This document shows positions 26,683 through 36,275 of a stretch of 64,000 bases of DNA, piece by piece. A program made the position numbers and the translations under genes. Origin of the DNA: Kiritimatiellia bacterium (GTDB lineage Bacteria; Verrucomicrobiota; Kiritimatiellia; RFP12; UBA1067); assembly GCA_017395505.1 (NCBI GenBank), contig JAFPUH010000037.1, positions 59,226 to 123,225 on the forward strand, written 5' to 3'. Numbering within the stretch: position 1 is the first letter of the stretch; each line of letters opens with the position of its first letter. The notes below the pieces were generated by a model. The model saw nothing but the letters and a program-made list of their open reading frames with translations. It was not told the DNA's origin and ran no database searches.

Positions 26683-27693
26683 CTAGGCAAGCTGACCGAG
26701 GAACCTGACATCGTTCTCGTAGAGCCAGCGGATGTCGGGAATACCGTACTTGATCATCGCGATGCGCTCGACGCCGAAGCCGAACGCGTAGCCGGAAACC
26801 TTTTCGGGATCGTAGCCCACGTGGCCGAAAACGCGAGGATCCACCATTCCGGCGCCAGCGACTTCGATCCAGCCGGAATCCTTGCAGACGCGGCAGCCCT
26901 TGCCCTTGCAGAGATGGCAGCTGAAGTCCACCTCGACCGAAGGCTCGGTGAACGGGAAGAAGTGCGGACGGAAGCGCACGGTCACGCCGTCGCCCATCAT
27001 CTCGTGGGCGAAGTAGGCGAGGACGCTCTTGAGGTCGGCGAGCGAGACGGGCTTGGTGTCGACGTAAAGGCCCTCGATCTGGTGGAAGTTCGCCGAGTGG
27101 GTCGCGTCAGTCGTGTCGCGGCGGTATGTACGGCCGGGGCAGATCACGCGGATCGGCGGCTTGTTCGCCAGCATCGTGCGAATCTGCACGGGCGAGGTCT
27201 GGGTTCTCAACAGCGTATCGTCGTCGAACCAGAAGGTATCGCTCTTGTCCATCGAAGGATGGTGGGGCGGCGTATTGAGCGCGGTGAAGTTGTTGAAGCG
27301 GTTCTCGAGCTCGGGACCGTCGGCGACTGTGAAGCCGAGGCGCCCGAAAATGCGGGCCGTCTCTTCGATCACGCGTGAGAGCGGATGCTTCGCGCCAAGC
27401 GAGAACCAGCGGCCAGGCAGCGTAACATCGGCATCTGCGGCGCGCTCAGCGCCACCGCCTGCGCCCTTCGCCGCGAGCGCAGCCTCAACCTCGGCGCGCC
27501 ATGCCTGAACAGCCTTGCCGAAAGCGGGGCGCTCTTCCTTGGGAACATCCTTCATAGCCTTTATCAAGGCCGGAATCGAACCGTTGCGGCCAACGTACTT
27601 GACGCGAAGAGCCTCGACGGCAGCGGCATCAGCCGCCGACGCGATTTCCTTAAGGCTCTCAGCCTTTGCAATCTCGAGTTCTGCCAGTGTCAT
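26683..27693 (-). CDS. pheS: Phenylalanine--tRNA ligase alpha subunit
   Basis: Class II aaRS motifs (FHQIEGL..., GFGVERIAM). Its own TGGTATAAT promoter at 27715-27723. No pheT follows. Confidence 0.95.
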   Translation of the reverse strand: MTLAELEIAKAESLKEIASAADAAAVEALRVKYVGRNGSIPALIKAMKDVPKEERPAFGKAVQAWRAEVEAALAAKGAGGGAERAADADVTLPGRWFSLGAKHPLSRVIEETARIFGRLGFTVADGPELENRFNNFTALNTPPHHPSMDKSDTFWFDDDTLLRTQTSPVQIRTMLANKPPIRVICPGRTYRRDTTDATHSANFHQIEGLYVDTKPVSLADLKSVLAYFAHEMMGDGVTVRFRPHFFPFTEPSVEVDFSCHLCKGKGCRVCKDSGWIEVAGAGMVDPRVFGHVGYDPEKVSGYAFGFGVERIAMIKYGIPDIRWLYENDVRFLGQLA

Positions 27694-27714
27694 TCTTAAA
27701 CCTCTGATGAATGG

Positions 27715-27723
27715 AAATTATAC
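27715..27723 (-). promoter_or_regulatory. Extended -10 (TGGTATAAT) promoter for pheS
   Basis: rc of ATTATACCA; 23-nt leader with an AGAGG SD. Confidence 0.5.
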
Positions 27724-27736
27724 CATATTTTCGCGC

Positions 27737-28918
27737 TCAGCGGGACGCGATTCTCGCCGCAAGCGCAGGCAGGTCCGGGTCGCGCGCTCCGCAGGTCGCA
27801 AACGCCTCGAAGCTGCTGCGGTGGACAGAAATCCAGCCGTAGGCCGAATCGAGGTCGGCGACGAGTTCAGAGCGCGGCACCTTCGCGGCGAGCGCATCGG
27901 AATTCACCGAGCGGTCGGTCGTACCCCCGGCGTCGTAGACGGGCAGCAGAAGCAGCCTGTCCTGCGGACGTATCGTGGCGTTGAACATCTCAGCGAGGGC
28001 ATCCATCATCTTGCGGAGCGGAGCATAGCCGTGAGGACGCCATACGACGCAGATTCCGCCAGGGTGGTGCTCGGCGAGAGTCGTCCACATCGCCCTGAGC
28101 TTCTCGGGGTTGTGGGCGTAGTCGTCGTAGACGTTTTCGCCGTATTTCTGGAGCCGACGCTCCACTCCACCGAAAGTCATGAGCGCTGCGCGGGCCTTCG
28201 CCTCGTCGCAGCCAAGCGCCTTGGCCATCTCAAGGGCGAGAAAGGCGTTGTTGCGGTTGTGGCGTCCGGGTATCGAGACATCGGCCTCGCCGTAGAGGGT
28301 GCGGCCGTCTATCACGGGTCCGGCGCAATTGCTTACGAAAGCGTCGAAGACCTCATCCATCTCCTCCTTGGAATAGTGGTCGGCAGAGGCGTTGGTCACT
28401 ACGGCGGCGTAGGGCTTGAACGCAACTAAAGACTTGTCGCTTTCGTCCACCTCGGCTACGGCATACTCGCCGCGTCCGAAGCGCACGGCCCCTTCCCAAC
28501 CGGGAACGTTCGCGCCGTTCACGCACATGGGGTCGAAGCCGCACTCGGAGAGTATGTGGCCTAGCATGGCCGTAACGGTCGATTTTCCGCAAGTGCCGAC
28601 GACGGCGACAAGCTTATATGGGGAAAGGGTGCGAGAAAGCGCCTTCGCACGGTGCGTCACAGGAATGTTCAGCGAAGCGGCCTTCAAGAGGCCGGGGTTG
28701 TCGCTCTCGATTGCGGTGGAAACGATCACTTCGCCGGTGGTTCCGTCGATGCCGCTGCCATCGTCTGGATGGCACCTTACGCCGAGCGACTCCAGAAAGT
28801 CGATGTTCTTCGTCTTGAGGTTGCGGTCTGCACCGGTCACTTCGTCGCCCATACGCACAAGCGCCGTTGCAAGAGCGCTCATGCCGACTCCGCCAATGCC
28901 TATGAGATGACGCTTCAT
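27737..28918 (-). CDS. Compact Mur-ligase-family protein (MurC/Mpl-like, about 394 aa)
   Basis: Start MKRHLIGIGGVGMSALA; P-loop GTCGKST; C-domain DDYAHNPEKL. Shorter than canonical MurC or Mpl. Its start overlaps the prfB stop. Confidence 0.65.
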   Translation of the reverse strand: MKRHLIGIGGVGMSALATALVRMGDEVTGADRNLKTKNIDFLESLGVRCHPDDGSGIDGTTGEVIVSTAIESDNPGLLKAASLNIPVTHRAKALSRTLSPYKLVAVVGTCGKSTVTAMLGHILSECGFDPMCVNGANVPGWEGAVRFGRGEYAVAEVDESDKSLVAFKPYAAVVTNASADHYSKEEMDEVFDAFVSNCAGPVIDGRTLYGEADVSIPGRHNRNNAFLALEMAKALGCDEAKARAALMTFGGVERRLQKYGENVYDDYAHNPEKLRAMWTTLAEHHPGGICVVWRPHGYAPLRKMMDALAEMFNATIRPQDRLLLLPVYDAGGTTDRSVNSDALAAKVPRSELVADLDSAYGWISVHRSSFEAFATCGARDPDLPALAARIASR

Positions 28919-30066
28919 CACTTCTTTTCGCCGGCTGCCTTCATCTGGAGCCAAGCTTCGATGAAAGGCTGGATGTGCCCATCCATGACGCCGTTGACGT
29001 CGCTAGTTTCGCACTCGGTGCGGAGATCCTTCACCATCGTGTAGGGACAGAAGACGTAGGAGCGAATCTGCGAACCCCAGCCGTTCTCCGACTTGGCGCC
29101 GTAGAAACGGTCCATCTCAGCCTTCTTCTGGTCTTCGTAGTATTCGTAGAGCTGGGCGCGAAGCATGTTCATCGCCTTCTCCTTGTTCATGTGCTGCGAG
29201 CGCTCCTTCTGGCACGCGACCACGATACCGGTCGGCAGATGGGTCAGGCGGACGGCCGAATCAGTCTTGTTGACGTGCTGGCCGCCGGCTCCACCGGCAC
29301 GGTAGGTGTCGATGCGAAGATCTTCATCCTTTATCTCGACATCGATATCGTCGTTGATCTCGGCCACGGTCTCCATCGAAGCGAAGCTCGTCTGGCGGCG
29401 CTTGTTCGAATCGAAAGGCGAGATTCTCACGAGACGGTGGATGCCTCGCTCTGCCTTGAGCATTCCGAACGCATAAGGACCCTCGACGCGGAAGTAGACA
29501 TCCTTGAGGCCAGCCTCTTCACCCGGCTGCTGGTCGTATTCCTCGACCTTCCAGCCCTGGCTTTCGGCGTAGCGGATGTACATGCGGTAGAGCATCTGCA
29601 CCCAGTCGCAGGCCTCGGTTCCGCCCTGGCCAGCGTGAAGCTTCACGAACACGTTGCATGCGTCGAACTTGCCGCCCAGAAGCGACTGCATCCTGAGCTT
29701 CGAGAAGAACTCGTCGGCCTTTGCGCACTCCGCAAGCGTGTCCTTGAGCGCAGTCTGCTGCGCGGCGCCATCCTCCATCTCCGCAAGCTCGAGCATGACG
29801 CCGGAGTCTTCGACCGACTTGAGCAGCGAATCGTAAGGCCCGACATATGCGCGCTCCGCGTTGGTCGCGGCTATGACTTCGCGAGCCTTTGTCTGGTTGT
29901 TCCAGAAATCGGCGCCAGTCTGCTGCTCCTCGAGGTCGGCAAGGCGTTTGCGACGCTCGTCTATCTTAATGTAGTCGGCCATCTCGCCGACGCGCCGCTT
30001 GAGGTCCTCGATGCGCTGGCGCACCTCCTCGACCTCCAAGAGCTTCTCCTTGACTTCCTCTGCCAT
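28918..30066 (-). CDS. prfB: Peptide chain release factor 2 (single uninterrupted frame, no programmed +1 frameshift evident)
   Basis: Start MAEEVKEKLLE; GGQ motif (AGGAGGQHVN); SPF tripeptide (RISPFDS). Confidence 0.9.
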   Translation of the reverse strand: MAEEVKEKLLEVEEVRQRIEDLKRRVGEMADYIKIDERRKRLADLEEQQTGADFWNNQTKAREVIAATNAERAYVGPYDSLLKSVEDSGVMLELAEMEDGAAQQTALKDTLAECAKADEFFSKLRMQSLLGGKFDACNVFVKLHAGQGGTEACDWVQMLYRMYIRYAESQGWKVEEYDQQPGEEAGLKDVYFRVEGPYAFGMLKAERGIHRLVRISPFDSNKRRQTSFASMETVAEINDDIDVEIKDEDLRIDTYRAGGAGGQHVNKTDSAVRLTHLPTGIVVACQKERSQHMNKEKAMNMLRAQLYEYYEDQKKAEMDRFYGAKSENGWGSQIRSYVFCPYTMVKDLRTECETSDVNGVMDGHIQPFIEAWLQMKAAGEKK

Positions 30067-30094
30067 CCTAGATCTCCTTGCTTGACGGTTGCCC

Positions 30095-30134
30095 TTAAAA
30101 AAGAGAATCGCCCCCCGCTGGAGACGATTCCCTT
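30095..30134 (-). terminator. Rho-independent terminator after secDF
   Basis: Minus strand shows GGGAATCGTCTCCAGCGGGGGGCGATTCTC followed by TTTTTT. Confidence 0.55.
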
Positions 30135-30152
30135 TTACCGAGCCAATGGTAT

Positions 30153-32708
30153 TTACTTCTCTTCCTTGGCTTCGACCTCGAACTCGGGACGCTTGCCGCG
30201 ATACCACCAGAGCATTATCGGCGTCGCGATGAAGATCGAGGAGTAGGTGCCGGAGACGACACCGATAAGCATCACAAGGGCGAAGTCGAAGATCGAACCG
30301 TCGCCGAACGCGAAGAGCGCCGCAACCGCGAAGAACGTCGTGAGCGAGGTGATGACCGTACGGCCGAGGCAGGCGTTGATCGACGCGTTGCAGATCTCGG
30401 TGAAGGTCAGGCGACGGTCGTAGCGGAGCTTCTCGCGAATACGGTCGAACACGACGACCGTGTCGTTCACGGAGTAGCCGATGATCGTCAGAAGAGCCGT
30501 GATCACGATCAGCGAAACCTGGCGGCCGCAGAGCGAGAACAGGCCGAGGGAGATGAGCGCGTCGTGAGCAAGCGCGACGAGAGCGCCAAGGCCGAACCCG
30601 AACTGGAAGCGGAAGCCGACATAGATGAGGATCGCCACGAGCGAGAAGAGCACTGCGTAGGTACCGCTCTTCTTGAGGTCGGCGCCAACCATGGAGCCGA
30701 CTTCGTCGACAGAAGCGGGAACGATACCGGCCTCGGGGAACTTCTCCTGAAGGAGCTTCGTCACGTAGGCGCCAACATCCTTACCCTCGAGCTGGGACCC
30801 TTTCTTCGTCTCGGCGGTCTCGCCGGTCTTGACGAGAAGCGTCGTATCGCCGACACCCTCCTGATACTGGATGACCGTCGCGTTGTCGAACGGATTGAGC
30901 GTCTCGCGGATCTCCGCAACGGCAGGCTTGGCGTCCTGCTTCAGGTTGTAGACGATCGAGGTGCCACCCGTGAGATCGACCGCGAGGACAGAGGCGGGAT
31001 TCGTAAGACCGCGGATCGCGAAGATGAGAAGCGTGACGGCGATGATCGCGAAGGAGCCGCCGACCGTGTACTTCGCAGGCTTCATGAAGTCGAACTTGGG
31101 AGTCTTGAAGAACTCGCGCATCTTGAACGCGGTCGTACGGGAAGGATCGACGGCATGGTCGAGAACAAGGCGCGTCACGACGACAGCCGTGAACATCGAG
31201 ATCACGACGCCGGCCGTAAGCGTAATCGCAAAGCCGCGGACAGGACCTGTTCCGACGACGAAGAGAATGACGCCGGTTATGATGGTCGTCAGGTTCGAGT
31301 CGAAGATCGCAGTAAAAGCGCGACCGTAGCCGTTCTTGATCGCGTCGCCAGCGTTGCGGCCGGCGGCGAACTCTTCGCGGATACGCTCGAAGATGAGCAC
31401 GTTCGCGTCAACAGCCATGCCGAGCGAGAGGACGAGACCGGCGATACCGGGCATCGTCAGCACGGGCAGCTGCATCGAACCGCCGCCGCCCATGGAAGGA
31501 TCGTGGGCGAACACGCCGAGGATGTTGGCGACGAAAACGAGAGCCGTAGGCAGAAGCGCGATATCGAGGAAGAGCGCGACGTCAGCCACGAGACCCGTGT
31601 ACCAGTAGTAGAAGAACATGAAGAGCGCTACGAGCGCAAAACCGAGCGCGGCAGCAATGACACCGGCATGCTTGGCGTCTTCACCGACGGTCGGCGAGAC
31701 TGAGGTCTCGGCCAGAATCTTGAGCGGCGCAGGCAGCGCGCCGGCGTTGAGCTCAGCGGCGAGCTTGTTGGCGGATGCGGCATCGAAGCGGCCGGTGATT
31801 TCGCCACGCGAGCCGATCTCGTCGTTGATGACGGGAGCGGAAATGAGCGTCTCATCGAGGATGATCGCAAGCTGACGGCCACGATCAGTCGGATTCTTGG
31901 GACCATGCGCCTTGTAGTTGCGCGTGAGGGTCGAGAAGATGCGGCCACCCTCCGAGTTGAGCGTGAAGCCGATCGAAAGGCGACCGGAGGTGGGCTCGCG
32001 CTGAACGGCGGCGGAAACGAGCGCTTCGCCTGTCAGTTCGGTCTTGCGGGCGACGAAGTTGGGCGAATACGTACCGTCACCGTTGTCCTCAAGCATGAAG
32101 CGGTAGCGGGCATCAGGCGTCTCGAAAGCGGCGAGACGGGCGGCGTAGCCCTTGGTCTTGGAGACTTCAGCCCAGTTCTCTGTGCGGGCATAGCCGTTGC
32201 CGCTCTTCTTGTACCCCTCGGGGGCGACATCCTTGGAAAGGAGCTTGGCGACGAGCTGGTCGTTCTTCGGATGCGTCAGGCGGAACTCGAGGAACGCCGC
32301 GCTCTGAAGACTTGCCTTGGCGGCCTTGCGAACCTCTTCATCGACACCGGGCAGCTGCACCAGAAGGCGGTGGTCCTTCATGCCCTGGATCACAGGCTCG
32401 TTCGTACCCATCGCGTCGACGCGGCGGCGGATGACCTGGATTATGCGGGCATCGCAATCCTTCAGCGTATCCTGTATCTTGGCTTCGACGGCACCAGGGG
32501 TGTTGGTGATCGCCGGATTCGCCGCGATGATCGTCTCGGCAAGCTTGTCGGTGTCGACGCCGAGAGTGAAGGACGTGCCGCCTTTCAGATCAAGGCCGAA
32601 GCGGAGCTTCTCGGACGGAGGATTGCAGACATAAATGGACACGACGGCGATAAGCGCCAAAACGAGCCACTTCCATATGTTGTTGCGGACGATGTTTTCC
32701 TTTGCCAT
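30153..32708 (-). CDS. secDF: Fused protein-export membrane protein SecDF
   Basis: 851 aa; SecD periplasmic domain plus a duplicated 6-TM SecD/SecF module. Confidence 0.95.
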   Translation of the reverse strand: MAKENIVRNNIWKWLVLALIAVVSIYVCNPPSEKLRFGLDLKGGTSFTLGVDTDKLAETIIAANPAITNTPGAVEAKIQDTLKDCDARIIQVIRRRVDAMGTNEPVIQGMKDHRLLVQLPGVDEEVRKAAKASLQSAAFLEFRLTHPKNDQLVAKLLSKDVAPEGYKKSGNGYARTENWAEVSKTKGYAARLAAFETPDARYRFMLEDNGDGTYSPNFVARKTELTGEALVSAAVQREPTSGRLSIGFTLNSEGGRIFSTLTRNYKAHGPKNPTDRGRQLAIILDETLISAPVINDEIGSRGEITGRFDAASANKLAAELNAGALPAPLKILAETSVSPTVGEDAKHAGVIAAALGFALVALFMFFYYWYTGLVADVALFLDIALLPTALVFVANILGVFAHDPSMGGGGSMQLPVLTMPGIAGLVLSLGMAVDANVLIFERIREEFAAGRNAGDAIKNGYGRAFTAIFDSNLTTIITGVILFVVGTGPVRGFAITLTAGVVISMFTAVVVTRLVLDHAVDPSRTTAFKMREFFKTPKFDFMKPAKYTVGGSFAIIAVTLLIFAIRGLTNPASVLAVDLTGGTSIVYNLKQDAKPAVAEIRETLNPFDNATVIQYQEGVGDTTLLVKTGETAETKKGSQLEGKDVGAYVTKLLQEKFPEAGIVPASVDEVGSMVGADLKKSGTYAVLFSLVAILIYVGFRFQFGFGLGALVALAHDALISLGLFSLCGRQVSLIVITALLTIIGYSVNDTVVVFDRIREKLRYDRRLTFTEICNASINACLGRTVITSLTTFFAVAALFAFGDGSIFDFALVMLIGVVSGTYSSIFIATPIMLWWYRGKRPEFEVEAKEEK

Positions 32709-32743
32709 TTCTTTTGCCCTCTTATGGGAAATTTTGGTGGTAT

Positions 32744-32752
32744 ATTATACCA
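32744..32752 (-). promoter_or_regulatory. Extended -10 (TGGTATAAT) promoter for secDF
   Basis: rc of ATTATACCA, 36 nt upstream of the secDF ATG. Confidence 0.5.
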
Positions 32753-32785
32753 AATTTCGCCCAAGCCGTCTAGTGCCAAGCCGCT

Positions 32786-34459
32786 TCAGCGAAGGAGAAA
32801 TCTACGCCAGCGGGGCAGGTAGTAACCGCCAAGAAGCTCAGAGTATTCGCGGTTGGCGTAATCGGTCAGCGAAGTCGTGCCGAAGCGGCGGCTGGTCCAT
32901 GTAGTAACCATGCGGCGGAAGGCGCCAGCCCCCCTTTCGCCGGCCCTGGCTCTAGCCTGCGCCTCGTAGGTCGAAAGGCGAAATTGCGGCGCTGGCGCCA
33001 ACAGCCGGTGTTCGCGCTCTATTAAGTCTAGAAATTCAAGGCGCGCCTTAACATCGCTTTCGAGCCAGGGCATGAGCGCGCGGGCTCGATTCGCCAGGCA
33101 TTGACGGTAGACATCGACGAAATCCTCGCGTCTCGCACCGCATCTCGAAAGAAGCGCGGCGGCACGCTCGAGCATGGCCGGCGAATACCACAGCCCGCCT
33201 CGAGGCCCCCAAGTGCTCGCGTTGTCCGCAGAAAACGACGGCAGGGCGCACATTACGTTCTCTACCGTCCCCTCCTGGCAGCGAGGACATGCATAGACAG
33301 TATCGGCAAGGATGCGCCACGCCTCTGAAAGCATCGGATTCTTGAAGCCGTTGCGCTTCTCGACCCAGCTCTCAAGCCAGTCCCCCAGTTCCGCGTCGGA
33401 CAGTTCGCTGCCTGTCTCGCGCATCATCATCTCCTCGAAAAGAGCGTAGCACACGGGATTTGTGAAATATCCCTCGGATAGCGAGCCGTATCCGCGAAAG
33501 GTCCTGGCTCCGCGTCCTTTTGCGGCGCGTCCGAGACGAGCAAAAGTCTTAAGGTTGCCGTAGAGTCCGTGATTGCCGCCGAAGTTCAGCACCTCGCACC
33601 AGACCCAGGGCAGATCGCCAAAATCCAGATCGCACACGGAGTCGTCGGCGTCGAATGCACTCATATCCTTTACGAGCGCTTCGATAAGGGTGTAGCGAGG
33701 GTCGAGACCGGCGCGGACAGCCGGCGTTGGATTGGCCTGCCAAGCCTGAACCACCCACGTCACACCCGGAAACGCAGTCTGCTGGGCGGATTGGACGGCT
33801 CGTGTCGCGTCGGTTACATCTATACCGGCCGCTTTTCCGCCTTCGTGAAAGAGGTCGCCAGCCAGATACTTAGGCTCGAAACCGTAGACCACCTTGAGGT
33901 TCTTGTGCCAGATGGCGGCTACTTTGGCGAATTCTTCGCCCGTCGGATCAAGCATAGGTGGCCGCTCGTAGCAACTCCATTGTCCCTGCGGAATCGCAGT
34001 GGGGTGACCGAGAGGCATCATGCCGACATATCCGTGAAGGATCGGCTCTATTCCCCTTTCGCGCATCTTCTCGCAGATGAAGCGGCCGCGTTCGCCATCC
34101 GCATCTATCGTAGCCTGGTCGAGAGGTCCGCCCTCTCCCGTCAGGTTCGCCATAAGCCACCATGCCCTGGCGCATTCGTCGGGAATGAAGGCGAATATCG
34201 CATCCTCGCCGTAGCCGAGCTCGCGAAGCGTCATCTGCCATACCTTGAAAGTTCCATCGGTGACGAGAGCCACATTGTACCCAGCGTCTGCAAGACGGTC
34301 GATTTCGCGCGACCAGTCAGATTCCGAGAGGTACGCGAAGGTGTAGGAGAGCGTGCAGTAGTTGTAGGCTATGCGGAGAGGTGGGACGTCGGCGCGGCAG
34401 ACGAGCGCCATAGCGAGAGCGAGCGCCGCCAAAATTCTAGGCTTTAGGGTGTGTGTCAT
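32786..34459 (-). CDS. Secreted glycoside hydrolase resembling alpha-N-acetylglucosaminidase (GH89)
   Basis: Signal peptide. The N-terminal region PLRIAYNYCTLSYTF...W.REIDRLADAGYNVAL resembles the NAGLU N-terminal/TIM-barrel region. Assignment is by recollection only. Confidence 0.55.
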   Translation of the reverse strand: MTHTLKPRILAALALAMALVCRADVPPLRIAYNYCTLSYTFAYLSESDWSREIDRLADAGYNVALVTDGTFKVWQMTLRELGYGEDAIFAFIPDECARAWWLMANLTGEGGPLDQATIDADGERGRFICEKMRERGIEPILHGYVGMMPLGHPTAIPQGQWSCYERPPMLDPTGEEFAKVAAIWHKNLKVVYGFEPKYLAGDLFHEGGKAAGIDVTDATRAVQSAQQTAFPGVTWVVQAWQANPTPAVRAGLDPRYTLIEALVKDMSAFDADDSVCDLDFGDLPWVWCEVLNFGGNHGLYGNLKTFARLGRAAKGRGARTFRGYGSLSEGYFTNPVCYALFEEMMMRETGSELSDAELGDWLESWVEKRNGFKNPMLSEAWRILADTVYACPRCQEGTVENVMCALPSFSADNASTWGPRGGLWYSPAMLERAAALLSRCGARREDFVDVYRQCLANRARALMPWLESDVKARLEFLDLIEREHRLLAPAPQFRLSTYEAQARARAGERGAGAFRRMVTTWTSRRFGTTSLTDYANREYSELLGGYYLPRWRRFLLR

Positions 34460-35030
34460 GATATACGTAGCGTTGGCGCATGAACTTTATCGAACGTGAG
34501 AATATCTGGTCCACATTGGCGGAGGACGAGACGTCGAGGAAATCGCGAACCTCCTCGCTCGAAAGGAAGAATCGCGTCTTCAGCAGGTGTATGTAGCATC
34601 TCTCCGGGTCTTCGTTCCAGAGTTCACGGAAGCACCACAGCGTCATCTGCCACACTTCGCGGCGTACGACCTCATGATCGTGCTTGGGCAGACTCAACGC
34701 CTCGCTCTCGCCATCCTCCCCCTGGTACGCGCCCTCGATCGATATCTCGCCGTGCCTGTTGGGATCGGCACCGAGTATGTAGCCGCGAACATAGGTGCGA
34801 ATCCATCCCTGGAGACTTCCGCCATCGTCCCTGTAGAGATCGATCTTGCGGCGGCCAAGCATGTCCTCGTATAGCATGCCCATAAGGTCGCCTGCGGTTA
34901 TCGAATAGCGCTTCATCAGCTCGGCGCTGCGCTGCGACGTTGACTCGGGCTCAACGACCTTCTCCCATACCAGCTTCCAGCCGGCGTCCTCGCCCGCCTT
35001 GACAAGTTCGTACCATTCGTGGTCCGTCAT
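34437..35030 (-). CDS. Sigma-70 family (ECF-like) RNA polymerase sigma factor
   Basis: 197 aa with region-2-like (LYEDMLGRRKIDLYR...GWIRTYV) and region-4-like (SSEEVRDFLDVSSSANVDQIFSRSIKFMRQ) segments. Confidence 0.55.
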   Translation of the reverse strand: MTDHEWYELVKAGEDAGWKLVWEKVVEPESTSQRSAELMKRYSITAGDLMGMLYEDMLGRRKIDLYRDDGGSLQGWIRTYVRGYILGADPNRHGEISIEGAYQGEDGESEALSLPKHDHEVVRREVWQMTLWCFRELWNEDPERCYIHLLKTRFFLSSEEVRDFLDVSSSANVDQIFSRSIKFMRQRYVYHDTHPKA

Positions 35031-35347
35031 GCGAACGTAAGCCCTCCCGGAATCGGCTTCGGAAAGTCATTGCGATGCAGCCAAAGCGAACTTTCGTGCT
35101 TGCCTCGGATGAAATCGACGAACGAGATGCGAGCCTTCCCGTCTCTTACGGCGAGTCGCCGACCGGCGAATTCGAACACCGCCTCGGGAACAGGCGAACC
35201 GTCTCCCTGCGAAATCTCGATCGGCAGGATGCTGCGCTCGTCGGATCCGCCCGGAAAAGTCAGCTTGGCCACCCAGCAGCCGGCCGGATCTTTCGTCGGC
35301 TGCGACATGAAGGTGAAGGTTATGGTCTTGCCGTCAGGAGTCCGCAT
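35027..35347 (-). CDS. Hypothetical protein (106 aa), translationally coupled upstream of the sigma factor
   Basis: ATGA overlap with the sigma gene. No family recognised. Confidence 0.4.
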   Translation of the reverse strand: MRTPDGKTITFTFMSQPTKDPAGCWVAKLTFPGGSDERSILPIEISQGDGSPVPEAVFEFAGRRLAVRDGKARISFVDFIRGKHESSLWLHRNDFPKPIPGGLTFA

Positions 35348-36275
35348 ACGGATTCTCCTTGTCTATCTCCGCCTCGATCCTAGGCAGACTGTCGTGCAGC
35401 GACAGCTTGAAAGGCAGATTCATGCAAAGCGGACGGAGTATGCGGAACATCCTTCCGGAAAGTATCTTTATCTCGCCTGGTATCCTGCCGCGCGAGATCA
35501 TGAGCTTCAGAAGACGGCGAGGCATAGACTCCCAGAGTCCGCGAAGCCCGTATTCTGGAGTTATCGTCGCCAGCTCCCAGATGACCCGTTCGCCGGTCGC
35601 GCCGTCCAGACCGACAAGTGCATAGGCGCAACGAGGACGCTTCTCGGAGGTGAAGATTCCCCTGGCCATGCGGAAATCCACTTCTATGGACTCCTCCTGC
35701 ACAAAAGGCAGGTCCTTTGCGATCTTCACGTCATCCGGAGGCAGTATTATGTGCTCGACGTGGGGCCTTATGTCAGGAATCGGCAGCGGCTCGTCGCGCC
35801 ACTGTCCGTCGGCACCTTCGACGCGCGCAAATATCGCCTTCTCACCAGCGTATTTTAGCGGCAGCTGCCTGTCAGCCTCAATACGCATCATGACACCGAA
35901 CACATCCCAGAACATCCTGACGCAGAGATTCGTCGCGGCTTCGTCTATATCAACCGGCACATATCCGGGATCGTTCCTCAGGACCTTCGGGTCTTCCTCA
36001 CGGAGTATCAGAAGTTCGTAGTGCGCCAGTTCCATAGGCATGGTGGCGAAGCCAAAGTTTCGGTCCATGCGAAGACGGATGAAATCCTGAAACGTCTGCC
36101 AGCCTTCGAACAGCATTATTCGGGCTTTGACAAGCGGCGCAAAATCTTTGATTAGCGCGCAGAAATACGGTAGCGCCGTGCCTTTGGGCTTGATGGCCCA
36201 ATGGTATCCGGAAAGTTCATCCCACAAGTCGAGATCGTCTATCCGCCGGCCTATCTCAGCGATTGTCATCGTCAA
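35334..36275 (-). CDS. Hypothetical protein (313 aa), first gene of the sigma-factor cluster
   Basis: ORF with plausible coding composition. No family recognised. Confidence 0.4.
   Translation of the reverse strand: MTMTIAEIGRRIDDLDLWDELSGYHWAIKPKGTALPYFCALIKDFAPLVKARIMLFEGWQTFQDFIRLRMDRNFGFATMPMELAHYELLILREEDPKVLRNDPGYVPVDIDEAATNLCVRMFWDVFGVMMRIEADRQLPLKYAGEKAIFARVEGADGQWRDEPLPIPDIRPHVEHIILPPDDVKIAKDLPFVQEESIEVDFRMARGIFTSEKRPRCAYALVGLDGATGERVIWELATITPEYGLRGLWESMPRRLLKLMISRGRIPGEIKILSGRMFRILRPLCMNLPFKLSLHDSLPRIEAEIDKENPYADS

Noticed and set aside
28918-30207. Programmed +1 frameshift in prfB
   Set aside because: The RF2 reading frame is continuous from MAEEVKEKL to the C-terminus. No in-frame UGA with a CUU UGA C context was seen near codon 25.
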